From a virus (Duplodnaviria; Heunggongvirae; Uroviricota; Caudoviricetes): a stretch of DNA of 64,000 nucleotides. Position numbers and translations under genes: made by a program. The notes under the pieces are model-generated. The model saw only the letters and a list, made by a program, of their open reading frames with translations, searched no databases and was not told the origin of the DNA. Shown here in pieces: positions 29,692 to 38,311 of this stretch. The stretch lies in IMG/VR virus record IMGVR_UViG_2654587674_000003; one strand, written 5' to 3'. Each line of letters starts with the position of its first letter. Positions within the stretch are counted from its first letter, which is position 1.

Positions 29692-30668
29692 TTGTTCGGC
29701 ACTCCCAATATCATTCGTGTTGTGTAGCCTACGCGGTCCTCAAAGTGCGCAACATTTTTTACTATCAGCTTACGGGGCATTGATTCATCAATGCGGTTTT
29801 CCTGGTCATAGCGGTATACGATAATCTCTATCACCATTCCCGGTTTTATATCAGGATTGCCTGCGACTTCTATATCCATTTTGGGGACGAGAGACAGCTG
29901 CATATTGCGAAGAGTTTCCATATCAGAGTCGGATATATAACGCACTGGGAGTGAGCTATCGCCATATTCGACGTAGCCATCGGTCATGGAATACCCAACA
30001 AAACGATATTGATTCTTTGCTGTTGTCGCATGTTCCTGTTGGAGTAGGCGCATTTTTGACAAAGTGTATTCTGCTTTAGGGTTATTCCCCTCGTAGGTAA
30101 ATGATGGCGTTTGCTTCATCAGATCAGCCAGGGTGTAAAAGTTAAATTCCCCCCGACATACCCAACACAATGCACCTTTGTCTCGCGCTATCTCCGAAAG
30201 CATTTTTGACGGTTTGTCACCGGCATTCAGATGATATGTAACTGCGCGTTTTAGCACGCTGCTGGTAATTTTAAGTTTGCCGGAATATGCCTTGAATATA
30301 GCGTCTGGTGTTTTGTTGGTATGTAAATTTGTGCGCGGGGAGGGGATCTTAAACCTGCGCACGTCTTCACTGACAGCAATAACGGTAACAACATCACCAG
30401 CCAGCATTGCAGACGTAACAAAGAAATCTGTTTTAAAAGTGCCTGCATTACCGTTTGGATCGCCCATTTCAGCCACCAGCGATGCACCGTATTTGGCTTT
30501 CCAGTCATCAATTACGGTGCCGGTAGCGTCATGAATTTCCAGTTTTAGCAAAGGGGCTTTGAGGCTGGTTTTTTCTACATATACTGCGGTAAAAATCCAG
30601 TCTCGTGGCACTTTGTTATCGTTAATGAGCACTGACTGTAGAAAATATTGTTGTAACTCCTGGGCCAC
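29688..30668 (-). CDS. Baseplate/tail hypothetical protein (326 aa)
   Basis: Translationally coupled within baseplate cluster. Confidence 0.4.
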   Translation of the reverse strand: MAQELQQYFLQSVLINDNKVPRDWIFTAVYVEKTSLKAPLLKLEIHDATGTVIDDWKAKYGASLVAEMGDPNGNAGTFKTDFFVTSAMLAGDVVTVIAVSEDVRRFKIPSPRTNLHTNKTPDAIFKAYSGKLKITSSVLKRAVTYHLNAGDKPSKMLSEIARDKGALCWVCRGEFNFYTLADLMKQTPSFTYEGNNPKAEYTLSKMRLLQQEHATTAKNQYRFVGYSMTDGYVEYGDSSLPVRYISDSDMETLRNMQLSLVPKMDIEVAGNPDIKPGMVIEIIVYRYDQENRIDESMPRKLIVKNVAHFEDRVGYTTRMILGVPNK

Positions 30669-30671
30669 TTA

Positions 30672-31439
30672 TCACCCCATAGATATCGAGGTTTCGGTAA
30701 TAATACGTTTTGCGTCCAACTCCCATGCTGTGATCACGTCTGCAATCACACTTATCGGCGCTTGTGTGGCATAAATACGCTCTTCTCCAATTGGTGCTGA
30801 AACATCCGTAAAGCCGACTTCTTTGGCATCCTGTATCGAGCAAATCAGCGGGACCGGGACACGAACAAGGTGAGTGGTTGCTTCAAATTGTGTACCTGTC
30901 ATCAGGCGAAGCCGTGCGCCCAGCGAATTACACATCAGACTCATGGTCGCTTTATCAGTTGCCATTAACGTAACGTCATACGTCAGAATGGCCTGGGTGT
31001 ATTCCAGTTCTGCTAAAGGCATTCCGGTATCCGGTTCGCAAAAACTGGCTACTTTTTTGCGGTCAATCTGCTGATCATCGTTGATATAATTGATATCCAT
31101 AGTGCGTGAGATATTGACCAGGGGGAGAGCATCCCGGTTAATGTTCTGGTTTTCAGGTTTTCTCCCTTGCCCGGCATTTGCGCGACGAACTGCTTTAAGA
31201 AACTCGATCGCATTGTCGAAACGGGCCACATAGACACGCTCTGCTGGTGGACGATTCAGGAATGACGCAAAGCGTTTTTCTTCCGGCGCGGGGGCCACCA
31301 GTAAGATATCAGAAAAAATGTTGCTGATTAGCGTCGCAAACGCGTTATCCACGTTTTCAAAGCCCGTGGTCTGGAATTTTCCTGTGCGTGAGGTTTGCCA
31401 TTCACCTGTTCGCGCCAGGAGGGTTTTATTTGAAGTCAT
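30672..31439 (-). CDS. Baseplate/tail hypothetical protein (255 aa)
   Basis: ORF in cluster. Confidence 0.4.
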   Translation of the reverse strand: MTSNKTLLARTGEWQTSRTGKFQTTGFENVDNAFATLISNIFSDILLVAPAPEEKRFASFLNRPPAERVYVARFDNAIEFLKAVRRANAGQGRKPENQNINRDALPLVNISRTMDINYINDDQQIDRKKVASFCEPDTGMPLAELEYTQAILTYDVTLMATDKATMSLMCNSLGARLRLMTGTQFEATTHLVRVPVPLICSIQDAKEVGFTDVSAPIGEERIYATQAPISVIADVITAWELDAKRIITETSISMG

Positions 31440-32239
31440 TCGATCACTCCGTTTTGAGTCGTATCAAAATTCCTGGCAGGTATGCAGTAGTAAAGCGAAC
31501 CAACATGCTGTGTGCCGTAGCTAAAAATACGGTGCACGTACCACCAGCGGCGCGCTACGCCGTTTACCATCTCTTCATTCCATTCAAGAATTGAGCCGAC
31601 GGGGACGTTATTTGCTGCAATACGCAGAATCAGAACATCATCGGTTAAGCCATCCTGCTCACCGTCTGCGTCAATCGCATGGAAAGAGTCACGCCCGTCA
31701 GGGTTATCCAGCACATAAACGATTTCAGGTTCCTGGTAAGTCAGTTCGCGTTGGTTGTTATCCAGTTCAGTGAATGACTCTTCTCCTGTTTCGTCGCTGA
31801 CTACCCCATATGTGCCAACATCTGGTCGATATAAGAGAGCCTGAAACGCGTCTGGGCTGGATTCAATAATCAGCATCCAGTCTGCGCGGATTTGGTCGTT
31901 AAAGGCTTTATGCCCGTTATAGCGTGCTTTTAACTGTGGAGTCGGTTCTCTGCCAGCCAGGGAAGATGGAAGTATGGCTATATCTGATTCGCCAGCATCC
32001 GGAGTAAGGCCACCGTTGCTATCAGCAAAATTATCATGGCTATCAGCTTTGGCGGCGGGTTGCTCTTCCAGAATGCTGAATGAATCCGAACCGGTATTGC
32101 CATGTTCCGGCGCGCCTCCTGCATTCGCTTCAATCGGCGCTGGCGTTTCTCTCTGCGTGCTGTCATGTTCTGACTCCTTACTTGCCAGGTTTGCATCGTC
32201 AGCAAACCATTCGTCAAAACGGCCCATAAGCATCCTCAA
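31436..32239 (-). CDS. Baseplate/tail hypothetical protein, acidic N-terminal region
   Basis: TTG at 32239; more likely start is ATG at 32227 with GAGGA upstream. Confidence 0.4.
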   Translation of the reverse strand: MRMLMGRFDEWFADDANLASKESEHDSTQRETPAPIEANAGGAPEHGNTGSDSFSILEEQPAAKADSHDNFADSNGGLTPDAGESDIAILPSSLAGREPTPQLKARYNGHKAFNDQIRADWMLIIESSPDAFQALLYRPDVGTYGVVSDETGEESFTELDNNQRELTYQEPEIVYVLDNPDGRDSFHAIDADGEQDGLTDDVLILRIAANNVPVGSILEWNEEMVNGVARRWWYVHRIFSYGTQHVGSLYYCIPARNFDTTQNGVIE

Positions 32240-32389
32240 AGGTCGATCTGTCAGGTATCGAAAGGAAGATTTTCGGGAGATTGTGATTTTGGATGAAGGA
32301 GGGGGAATTCATAAAATGCACTTGCGCACAGTGCAACGGTGCGCTATAGTTATGGCATTCGGTAATCATCACGGAGGATCAAATGACTA

Positions 32390-32692
32390 ATGACCAAAAA
32401 AATTAACATAAAGGATTTCAGGGATGCGTGGCTTGATGATTTTTTTGAATTTTCAACACCACATAGAAAGATACCTCCTGATATTCATATGACATTGTCA
32501 CGGAAGTTGGACATTATCAATGCCGCAACTACCTGTAAGGATTTAAGATCACCACCAGGTAATCGGTATGAGGAACTGTCAGGGAAGCTAAATGGCTATT
32601 CATCAGTAAGGGTGAATAAGCAATATAGGTTAATTTTTAAGTGGGTTAACGGAAAGGCCGAGGACTTGTATCTCGACCCTCACAAATACTAA
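32390..32692 (+). CDS. higB: HigB-type toxin (plasmid-killer / RelE-ParE superfamily)
   Basis: 100 aa; C-terminal RVNKQYRLIFKWVNGKAEDLYLDPHKY pattern; toxin-first order; GGAGG RBS. Confidence 0.7.
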   Translation: MTKKINIKDFRDAWLDDFFEFSTPHRKIPPDIHMTLSRKLDIINAATTCKDLRSPPGNRYEELSGKLNGYSSVRVNKQYRLIFKWVNGKAEDLYLDPHKY

Positions 32693-32762
32693 AACAGATA
32701 CCCGGTTACGGACCGGGTTCTGACCAGAGTCCACTTAATACGCACGCTAGTAAGGGCAAAAA

Positions 32763-33101
32763 ATGAAACAGGCAACCAGAAAACCGACGACCGTAGGTGA
32801 TATCCTGCTGTACGAATACCTGGAGCCGTTAGAGCTGAAGATCAACGAGTTAGCAGAAATACTTCATGTTCATCGTAACACCGTAAGCGCTCTTGTTAAT
32901 AACAATCGTAAGCTAACGATGGATATGGCATATCGCCTGGCAAAAGCATTCGATACTTCTGTAGATTTTTGGATTAATCTTCAGACCGCAGTAGATCTGT
33001 GGGAAGTCGAAAATGATATGCGCGTCCAGGAAGAGTTAAGTCGTATCAATACTGCTGAAAAATTTATTTCTCAGCGGAACCTGAATAAAAAAGCAGCCTG
33101 A
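32763..33101 (+). CDS. higA: HigA-type HTH (XRE) antitoxin
   Basis: 112 aa with HTH segment LKINELAEILHVHRNTVSALVNN. Confidence 0.7.
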   Translation: MKQATRKPTTVGDILLYEYLEPLELKINELAEILHVHRNTVSALVNNNRKLTMDMAYRLAKAFDTSVDFWINLQTAVDLWEVENDMRVQEELSRINTAEKFISQRNLNKKAA

Positions 33102-33118
33102 TATAGTAAAACACATAC

Positions 33119-33150
33119 AAAAAGCCCACTTAGCAAGTGGGCTTTCCTTT
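33119..33150 (+). terminator. Rho-independent terminator after higA
   Basis: AAAGCCCAC-TTAGCAA-GTGGGCTTT then T-rich. Confidence 0.65.
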
Positions 33151-33157
33151 GTAATTA

Positions 33158-33358
33158 ATGAACATTAAACCTATCCGTACAGAACAAGATTATGAGGCCG
33201 CACTGCGTGCGGTCGAACCGATGTTCGATAACGAACCGGAAATGAATACTCCGGAAGGTGATTTCTTTGAGGTTATGAGTCTTCTCATTGAGGAGTACGA
33301 GAAGAAACATTACCCAATTCAACCACCATCACCTGTTGAATCTTTTAACTATCCATAA
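33158..33358 (+). CDS. 66-aa protein resembling the N-terminal (non-HTH) domain of E. coli-type HigA; no HTH
   Basis: Pattern I-x-x-E-x-x-Y-x-x-A-L-x-x-V...N-E-P-E shared with the HigA N-domain as recalled; ORF ends at the boundary of AT-rich DNA. Confidence 0.4.
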   Translation: MNIKPIRTEQDYEAALRAVEPMFDNEPEMNTPEGDFFEVMSLLIEEYEKKHYPIQPPSPVESFNYP

Positions 33359-33379
33359 TAAAAGTAATCAGGATAAGCT

Positions 33380-34108
33380 ATGATGTCAGAAAAAGTTAAA
33401 GATAATCCGTCTATAAATGAAACAGAACTAAAATCATTTTCTGAAATAATAAAAGATAAAATATTTAACAAGGTTTTTGCATATGTTGTCATTTCTTTTC
33501 TAATTTTTAACTGGAAGGATATTTTAATTATATTAAAGTCAAAGGACGACATCCTATATACATTATCTATTGTTTCTGTTGGTGGTAATGTCCCGTTCAT
33601 TGATAATTGGATTGTATCCCCGTGGGTTTATCACGTTGTAATCCCATTTATTTATGGAGTATTTGCATCTGTGTTAGCTCCTGTTCTCACACTGAAGATA
33701 TCTAAGCTAACAAGTAAATTATACACTGAAATAAGATATTTAGATGAAGTTGCTGATTATGATAAAAGAATAGAATTGCAAAGAAAGAAAACAAAGTTAA
33801 ATCAAGCAACCAATGACGCTAAATATTCAAAACAAATCTTAGATGAAAATGAAAATAAACTTAATGACTTGGTTACGAAACAGCGAGAAATTTGTGGCGC
33901 GATAAAACTATTGCATACTGATGTTGGCAGTATTATTGAACTATATAAAAATAAGGGGGTTAGCATTGAATCTCCGCAAGATTTATGTGATTTTATAGTC
34001 GCTATAAAAAGCACATCATTCTATAATGATGACAAGCATTTTAATAAATTGGTGTCTGATATTTCCAGTTTGTTTGATAATACTGGAATTGATCTTTCAA
34101 AAAAATGA
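33380..34108 (+). CDS. Multi-TM membrane protein with coiled-coil-like cytoplasmic C-terminal half (242 aa); AT-rich cargo gene
   Basis: Hydrophobic helices about residues 32-52 and 85-110; markedly AT-rich codons versus neighbours; own terminator. Confidence 0.6.
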   Translation: MMSEKVKDNPSINETELKSFSEIIKDKIFNKVFAYVVISFLIFNWKDILIILKSKDDILYTLSIVSVGGNVPFIDNWIVSPWVYHVVIPFIYGVFASVLAPVLTLKISKLTSKLYTEIRYLDEVADYDKRIELQRKKTKLNQATNDAKYSKQILDENENKLNDLVTKQREICGAIKLLHTDVGSIIELYKNKGVSIESPQDLCDFIVAIKSTSFYNDDKHFNKLVSDISSLFDNTGIDLSKK

Positions 34109-34114
34109 AAGCCC

Positions 34115-34155
34115 AGCATAAACTACTAGGCTATGTGTGGTTTATGCTTTTTTTA
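34115..34155 (+). terminator. Terminator after the membrane-protein gene
   Basis: AGCATAAAC ... GTTTATGCT stem followed by TTTTTTT. Confidence 0.55.
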
Positions 34156-35335
34156 CATACTCCATGAACATTTTTTCAGCTTGTGCTGGTGGTGTTCCAG
34201 CCATGACAAGCGCATCAATGAACGCCTGCTTCTTCAGTGCGAACTGATCGGCAAGGCGTTGCTGAAGCTCCTTGTTTTTCTGTTTCTCACGTTGCAAGGC
34301 CGCTTCTTTTGCTGCCGCCCGTTTTTTCTGTGCATCTGACAACTTTCTGGCCTTGGTCAATTGGTCACGTAGTTTGTCGATCTTGCCGTTGTCCTTTGCC
34401 AGTTTTGTACTTAAAGCTGCCTGGCGCTTCTGATAGAGCCTCCATTCGCGTTTGGCGGCTTCAACGTTCGTTTTACTGCTACGATTGCGATTAAACTCCT
34501 TCTCGTCTTCTTTTGAGAAGTGTTTGGTTGTACGGCGGCGATCGTCACCAAATGCAATTTGCGTTGCAGCCTTTTGTAGCGCACGAGCAATACTCATTTG
34601 CCAACTGGCGGACTGTAACCGCGTCATTGAGTGGATCACGTGTTTACAGGCGACGCCTTGCAGCTTCGGGTTGCGAACTTTTGGATAGGCGTATTCTTTT
34701 GGCGGTGCCAGGGCAAAGTTACCCGCAGTGGCGATGTAACGATACCAGTATTGATGACGACCACAGTCACAATCGAAAGACACTCGCCCGGCGCACAGTG
34801 ATTTAGTGATTTTGAGAGCTGATTTATCGTCTTCTGCGATGTCATCAACCATCTGATCCCATTCTTCAAAGCGTATCCGGACGATATGGTGCTGGTGGAC
34901 GGATATATCCGATGCTTCTACGCGGATATTAATCACATTGTGGCGAAGAGATACGGGTGTAGCTCTTTTGATACCAGATCCGTCATCCACGGCGTTATTT
35001 GCACGCTTAATATCGATTGCCTGGCTGGATGCCACCAGCTGGGCGTATGTGATGCCAGCCGTCTTGCTGTCATATTTTTCGCGCGTTTTACTCCGTAGCT
35101 TTTCGAAACCTTTCAGGTCGTCTCGCGTGAAGAACGTGCCGCCTTTTTTCTTCCCTAACTTGAGAATATCTTCGGCGGATTTGTTCCTCAGTCTACCTGG
35201 CGTCAGCGTCCGGTGAGCTTGTCGGCGCTTACGGGTTTGTTCTTTCCTGATAAGGTCGAATAAACGCGTGAAGTCCTTAGAGGACAGGCCGTCAGTGATA
35301 TAGCGCCCGTCCTGGTTTTTCAGGAAATCAGGCAT
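34142..35335 (-). CDS. Hypothetical protein with CxC...CxH Zn-finger-like motif and basic coiled-coil C-terminus (397 aa)
   Basis: FDCDCGRH ... ACKHVIH; K/R/E/Q-rich helical tail. Confidence 0.5.
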   Translation of the reverse strand: MPDFLKNQDGRYITDGLSSKDFTRLFDLIRKEQTRKRRQAHRTLTPGRLRNKSAEDILKLGKKKGGTFFTRDDLKGFEKLRSKTREKYDSKTAGITYAQLVASSQAIDIKRANNAVDDGSGIKRATPVSLRHNVINIRVEASDISVHQHHIVRIRFEEWDQMVDDIAEDDKSALKITKSLCAGRVSFDCDCGRHQYWYRYIATAGNFALAPPKEYAYPKVRNPKLQGVACKHVIHSMTRLQSASWQMSIARALQKAATQIAFGDDRRRTTKHFSKEDEKEFNRNRSSKTNVEAAKREWRLYQKRQAALSTKLAKDNGKIDKLRDQLTKARKLSDAQKKRAAAKEAALQREKQKNKELQQRLADQFALKKQAFIDALVMAGTPPAQAEKMFMEYVKKA

Positions 35336-35657
35336 TTTCTATCTCCGGTTCCGCGCTTGCGTAATCACGGATCTTGTTCCTCAGCCATGCCACATCAGGA
35401 AGAGTTAACGTGGTCCCTGCGGGCATTTCTTCAATTTCTGACTCATGGCCCACCAGCACCCGGAATACCCAGCGCAAATCTGCATTGCCATACGCCCTGT
35501 AGGCTGCAAGGTCTGAACGATATACTTCATCAATCTTTATCGTGTACTGGAAATTATCAGAGTGATACTCCGATACCCGCTTAATCATTTCCTGGTGAAA
35601 CAGCGCACGAAAAATATCGTCTTCAATGTACCTATCGTCGAGTCTGCTATAGCCCAT
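35328..35657 (-). CDS. Hypothetical protein (109 aa)
   Basis: ORF overlapping the start of the downstream gene. Confidence 0.5.
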   Translation of the reverse strand: MGYSRLDDRYIEDDIFRALFHQEMIKRVSEYHSDNFQYTIKIDEVYRSDLAAYRAYGNADLRWVFRVLVGHESEIEEMPAGTTLTLPDVAWLRNKIRDYASAEPEIENA

Positions 35658-35850
35658 AACAAAGCCTCTCAGTCATAACCTGGGGGAAACTGTATGCAGG
35701 GTGTGAAATGCGAGAAACAGACAGGCCACCAGTTCAGGGGGATGTGGTTCATAAATCCCCTCACTGGTGACAAGTGACTTTCATTAATCTTTATGCGGGG
35801 GCCAGCTTCATTTGCTGGCATTAGATTAAAAATCAAACGGAGTAAATGAC

Positions 35851-35985
35851 ATGGATGTTATCTTCGAATTATTAATGCTAATTGATCTGTTTATGAACGC
35901 TTCATTGACCACTCAAATACTCGCGTCAATATTTTTGTTACTCTTCTACCTGGTATTGAGGGAGTTAACAAAGCTACTAATGTGA
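35851..35985 (+). CDS. 44-aa hydrophobic peptide (candidate small membrane or type-I-toxin-like protein)
   Basis: ATG 35851 with GGAG 8 nt upstream; sequence MDVIFELLMLIDLFMNASLTTQILASIFLLLFYLVLRELTKLLM; lies antisense within an intergenic gap of a minus-strand operon; below track size cutoff. Confidence 0.3.
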   Translation: MDVIFELLMLIDLFMNASLTTQILASIFLLLFYLVLRELTKLLM

Positions 35986-36639
35986 TCAAAGTATCACGGT
36001 ATCTTCATCAACTTCTTTCCCAGTCAGCGACTTTGGCTGGGAGGTGCCTGCTTTAACTTTTTCATGCCCAATAATGGACAGGAACGAAGCGAGTATGCCT
36101 GTTTTTTGCTCTTTCTCGACTGTACCGGTCATCTGCTCTACGTAATCCGCACTGGCAACATTGTGGTATACGGTCGCGTAGCAACACAGGATCATCAAAA
36201 TATGTTCCGGCCTGATATCCTGCCAGTTCACCCGGTAAACTTCTTCTCCGTTACCGTTGTATTCGGTGTCAACGATGGAGTCGGGAATTTCGAAAGCACC
36301 TTTATTGTTTTGCGGCAGGGATAATAGCTTCTGGAGTTTTAGCTCTCTGTATCTTTCCATCCCTACGATGATCGCAGCTCTGCCGTCGGCATGACGTGTC
36401 TTGAGTGTTACCTGGCTTGCTCCGGTGCCAGCGGAGATCGTTGGCGTAATTTCGTCTACCAGCACCTTAAATTTGCTTTTCCGCAGGGCTGCTATAGCTG
36501 GAGGAATCTTTTGCTTTTGTTCCAATGCTGACGCGGGAAGGGGTTTTACTTCGTTAATCACGAGAGCACCGTCTTTCAGTATTGCAGTGAGCATTTGCGG
36601 TTTGCTGGTGGTCAGGCTGAATATTGCTATCTTCTCCAT
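35986..36639 (-). CDS. Hypothetical protein (217 aa)
   Basis: ATG at 36637-36639 with strong RBS GGAGGAAGG; the track GTG at 36681 lies inside a hairpin and is rejected. Confidence 0.5.
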   Translation of the reverse strand: MEKIAIFSLTTSKPQMLTAILKDGALVINEVKPLPASALEQKQKIPPAIAALRKSKFKVLVDEITPTISAGTGASQVTLKTRHADGRAAIIVGMERYRELKLQKLLSLPQNNKGAFEIPDSIVDTEYNGNGEEVYRVNWQDIRPEHILMILCCYATVYHNVASADYVEQMTGTVEKEQKTGILASFLSIIGHEKVKAGTSQPKSLTGKEVDEDTVIL

Positions 36640-36666
36640 TGTCCTTCCTCCACGGATGACGGATAC

Positions 36667-36690
36667 AAAAAAAGGCCGCACATGGCGGCC
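36667..36690 (-). terminator. Terminator-like hairpin (GGCCGC-n5-GCGGCC plus T7 on minus strand) 30-50 nt upstream of the 36639 start
   Basis: Stem and U-tract read on the minus strand; purpose unclear (attenuator or end of an upstream small transcript). Confidence 0.4.
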
Positions 36691-36907
36691 TGCTTTGGCG
36701 TTATGACTCCCTACCGCGCTTCGGCTGAAAGTTAATCGTCAAAAGAACCTTCAACGGGAGCCGTTAGCGCGATGGATTATGTGCAGTTTGTGATTTCCAG
36801 AATAGTGTCAACCACTTTTTGAGGATTTTATTATTTGACCGAAACTTGGCCTAAATCATGTTGATGTAGTTGATTGTTTTTATAACATAAAACTTCATTT
36901 TGTTTAC

Positions 36908-37531
36908 ATGAAGGATGGTGTAGTGAAGTTAAGGGTTTTAGGGGCCGCGCTCGCGGCTATGTTGGGATGCGTATCTGCTAATACTGCCAATGCAACTGCG
37001 TTACCTGCACAATTCAGGGCAGGGCAGCAGGTTATGAATAACGCTGTTGGGGATCATTCACAAGCGGCCATTATGGACTTTTGCAAGAGGGAGGGCATTC
37101 CATTACGGCCTGTTGGAACTCAGTTTATTGGTAAAACTGACTTTTGCGTTTTTGCATATACAGCATATCTGACGGACAAAGCTATAACAAAAACAGGTTA
37201 TTCAACCAAAGATACTCTTTCCAGATTAAGTCAGGGATGGCAGCAATTCGAAGTGTATCGCCAGCAAGGATTAGGTGAGTTATTGCAACCACTTTTTATG
37301 CTTGCGTTGGTGCCAGAGGGGCAGCAATTTTTGGTTAAAAAGGGAATGCTTCGCCAAAGTGATATTGCCGGGTTCGATAGCATGATGGCTTATGAGCGCA
37401 AACTAACCGAGCAGCGAAATAAAAAACCATCTGCTTCATGTGTGCAAAGTAAAACAGCAGAATACAGTGCAGTAGCCGGGCCTTTAGCCAAACAAATGGC
37501 AGAGCAATGGTGTAAAAAATACGGGCAATAA
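36908..37531 (+). CDS. Secreted/periplasmic protein (207 aa) with N-terminal signal peptide
   Basis: Hydrophobic N-terminus LGAALAAMLGCVSANTANA; exclusion-type role is speculative. Confidence 0.5.
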   Translation: MKDGVVKLRVLGAALAAMLGCVSANTANATALPAQFRAGQQVMNNAVGDHSQAAIMDFCKREGIPLRPVGTQFIGKTDFCVFAYTAYLTDKAITKTGYSTKDTLSRLSQGWQQFEVYRQQGLGELLQPLFMLALVPEGQQFLVKKGMLRQSDIAGFDSMMAYERKLTEQRNKKPSASCVQSKTAEYSAVAGPLAKQMAEQWCKKYGQ

Positions 37532-37551
37532 GTTACGCAGCGGAGGCAGAA

Positions 37552-37944
37552 TTGAACAGATTGGCTATTGCTTTACTGGCGTCTTTCCCTTTGATCGCGA
37601 GCGCCGGAAATTTACAAGTTAAGTGCGGTCGGTTTGATATAAAAATCTATCCAGATGCCATATTTCTGAATGGGAATAAGGTTGATAACGCACACCGAAA
37701 AACTGAATCTGACGTAATGAGCTATGTGTTCCAGGAGTATGCGGAGATGGGGGGAACTTACACGCTGTACTCGCTGGATGTTCCTTCTCGCGGTGATATG
37801 ACATTATCCCATCAATGGCAGAACGCCGATGGCGAAGCTCTGCGCGAGGTTAAAACAGAAAAATGTGGCACTTTCCATTCTTTTAAAGGGAAAGCGCCAA
37901 ATGTTAAATCTGTGCTTGAAAAACAGCGCGCAGGTGAGCTTTAA
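37552..37944 (+). CDS. Secreted/periplasmic protein (130 aa) with signal peptide
   Basis: MNRLAIALLASFPLIASA signal-like N-terminus. Confidence 0.5.
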   Translation: MNRLAIALLASFPLIASAGNLQVKCGRFDIKIYPDAIFLNGNKVDNAHRKTESDVMSYVFQEYAEMGGTYTLYSLDVPSRGDMTLSHQWQNADGEALREVKTEKCGTFHSFKGKAPNVKSVLEKQRAGEL

Positions 37945-38252
37945 ACACCTTTAACCACGGAGATGCCGTTCCCTGCACGATAGCTGCGGGGAACGGAATT
38001 CTCCATCAGGTCACGAATTACTCCCGCCTCATGTAGTTCCTCTGTTTCCCAGTATCTGTTTGTCACCAGATCCAGGCTGGCTATGACCTTGTGCCGGTCA
38101 TTCGGCATAGCCAATTTTTCTGCTATAACCATCAGTGAAAACTCTTCATCCAGTAGGATTTGATACCAGACTTTTGCCAGTTCCAACTCTCTAATGAGGG
38201 TGAAGCGCCGCTCAAGTGTGGCGGCAGAATAAGTGAAATCTATTTTTTTCAT
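37941..38252 (-). CDS. Hypothetical protein (103 aa)
   Basis: ORF downstream of ant-like gene. Confidence 0.45.
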   Translation of the reverse strand: MKKIDFTYSAATLERRFTLIRELELAKVWYQILLDEEFSLMVIAEKLAMPNDRHKVIASLDLVTNRYWETEELHEAGVIRDLMENSVPRSYRAGNGISVVKGV

Positions 38253-38311
38253 CGTGCGGATAATCCGATTATTTGGCAGTTAAATCCCCGGCGTCGCCGG
38301 GGATGCAGCAT

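Noticed and set aside
36640-36681. GTG start at 36681 for the 35986 gene
   Set aside because: Start codon and first 14 codons fall within a terminator hairpin; the ATG at 36639 has a strong RBS.
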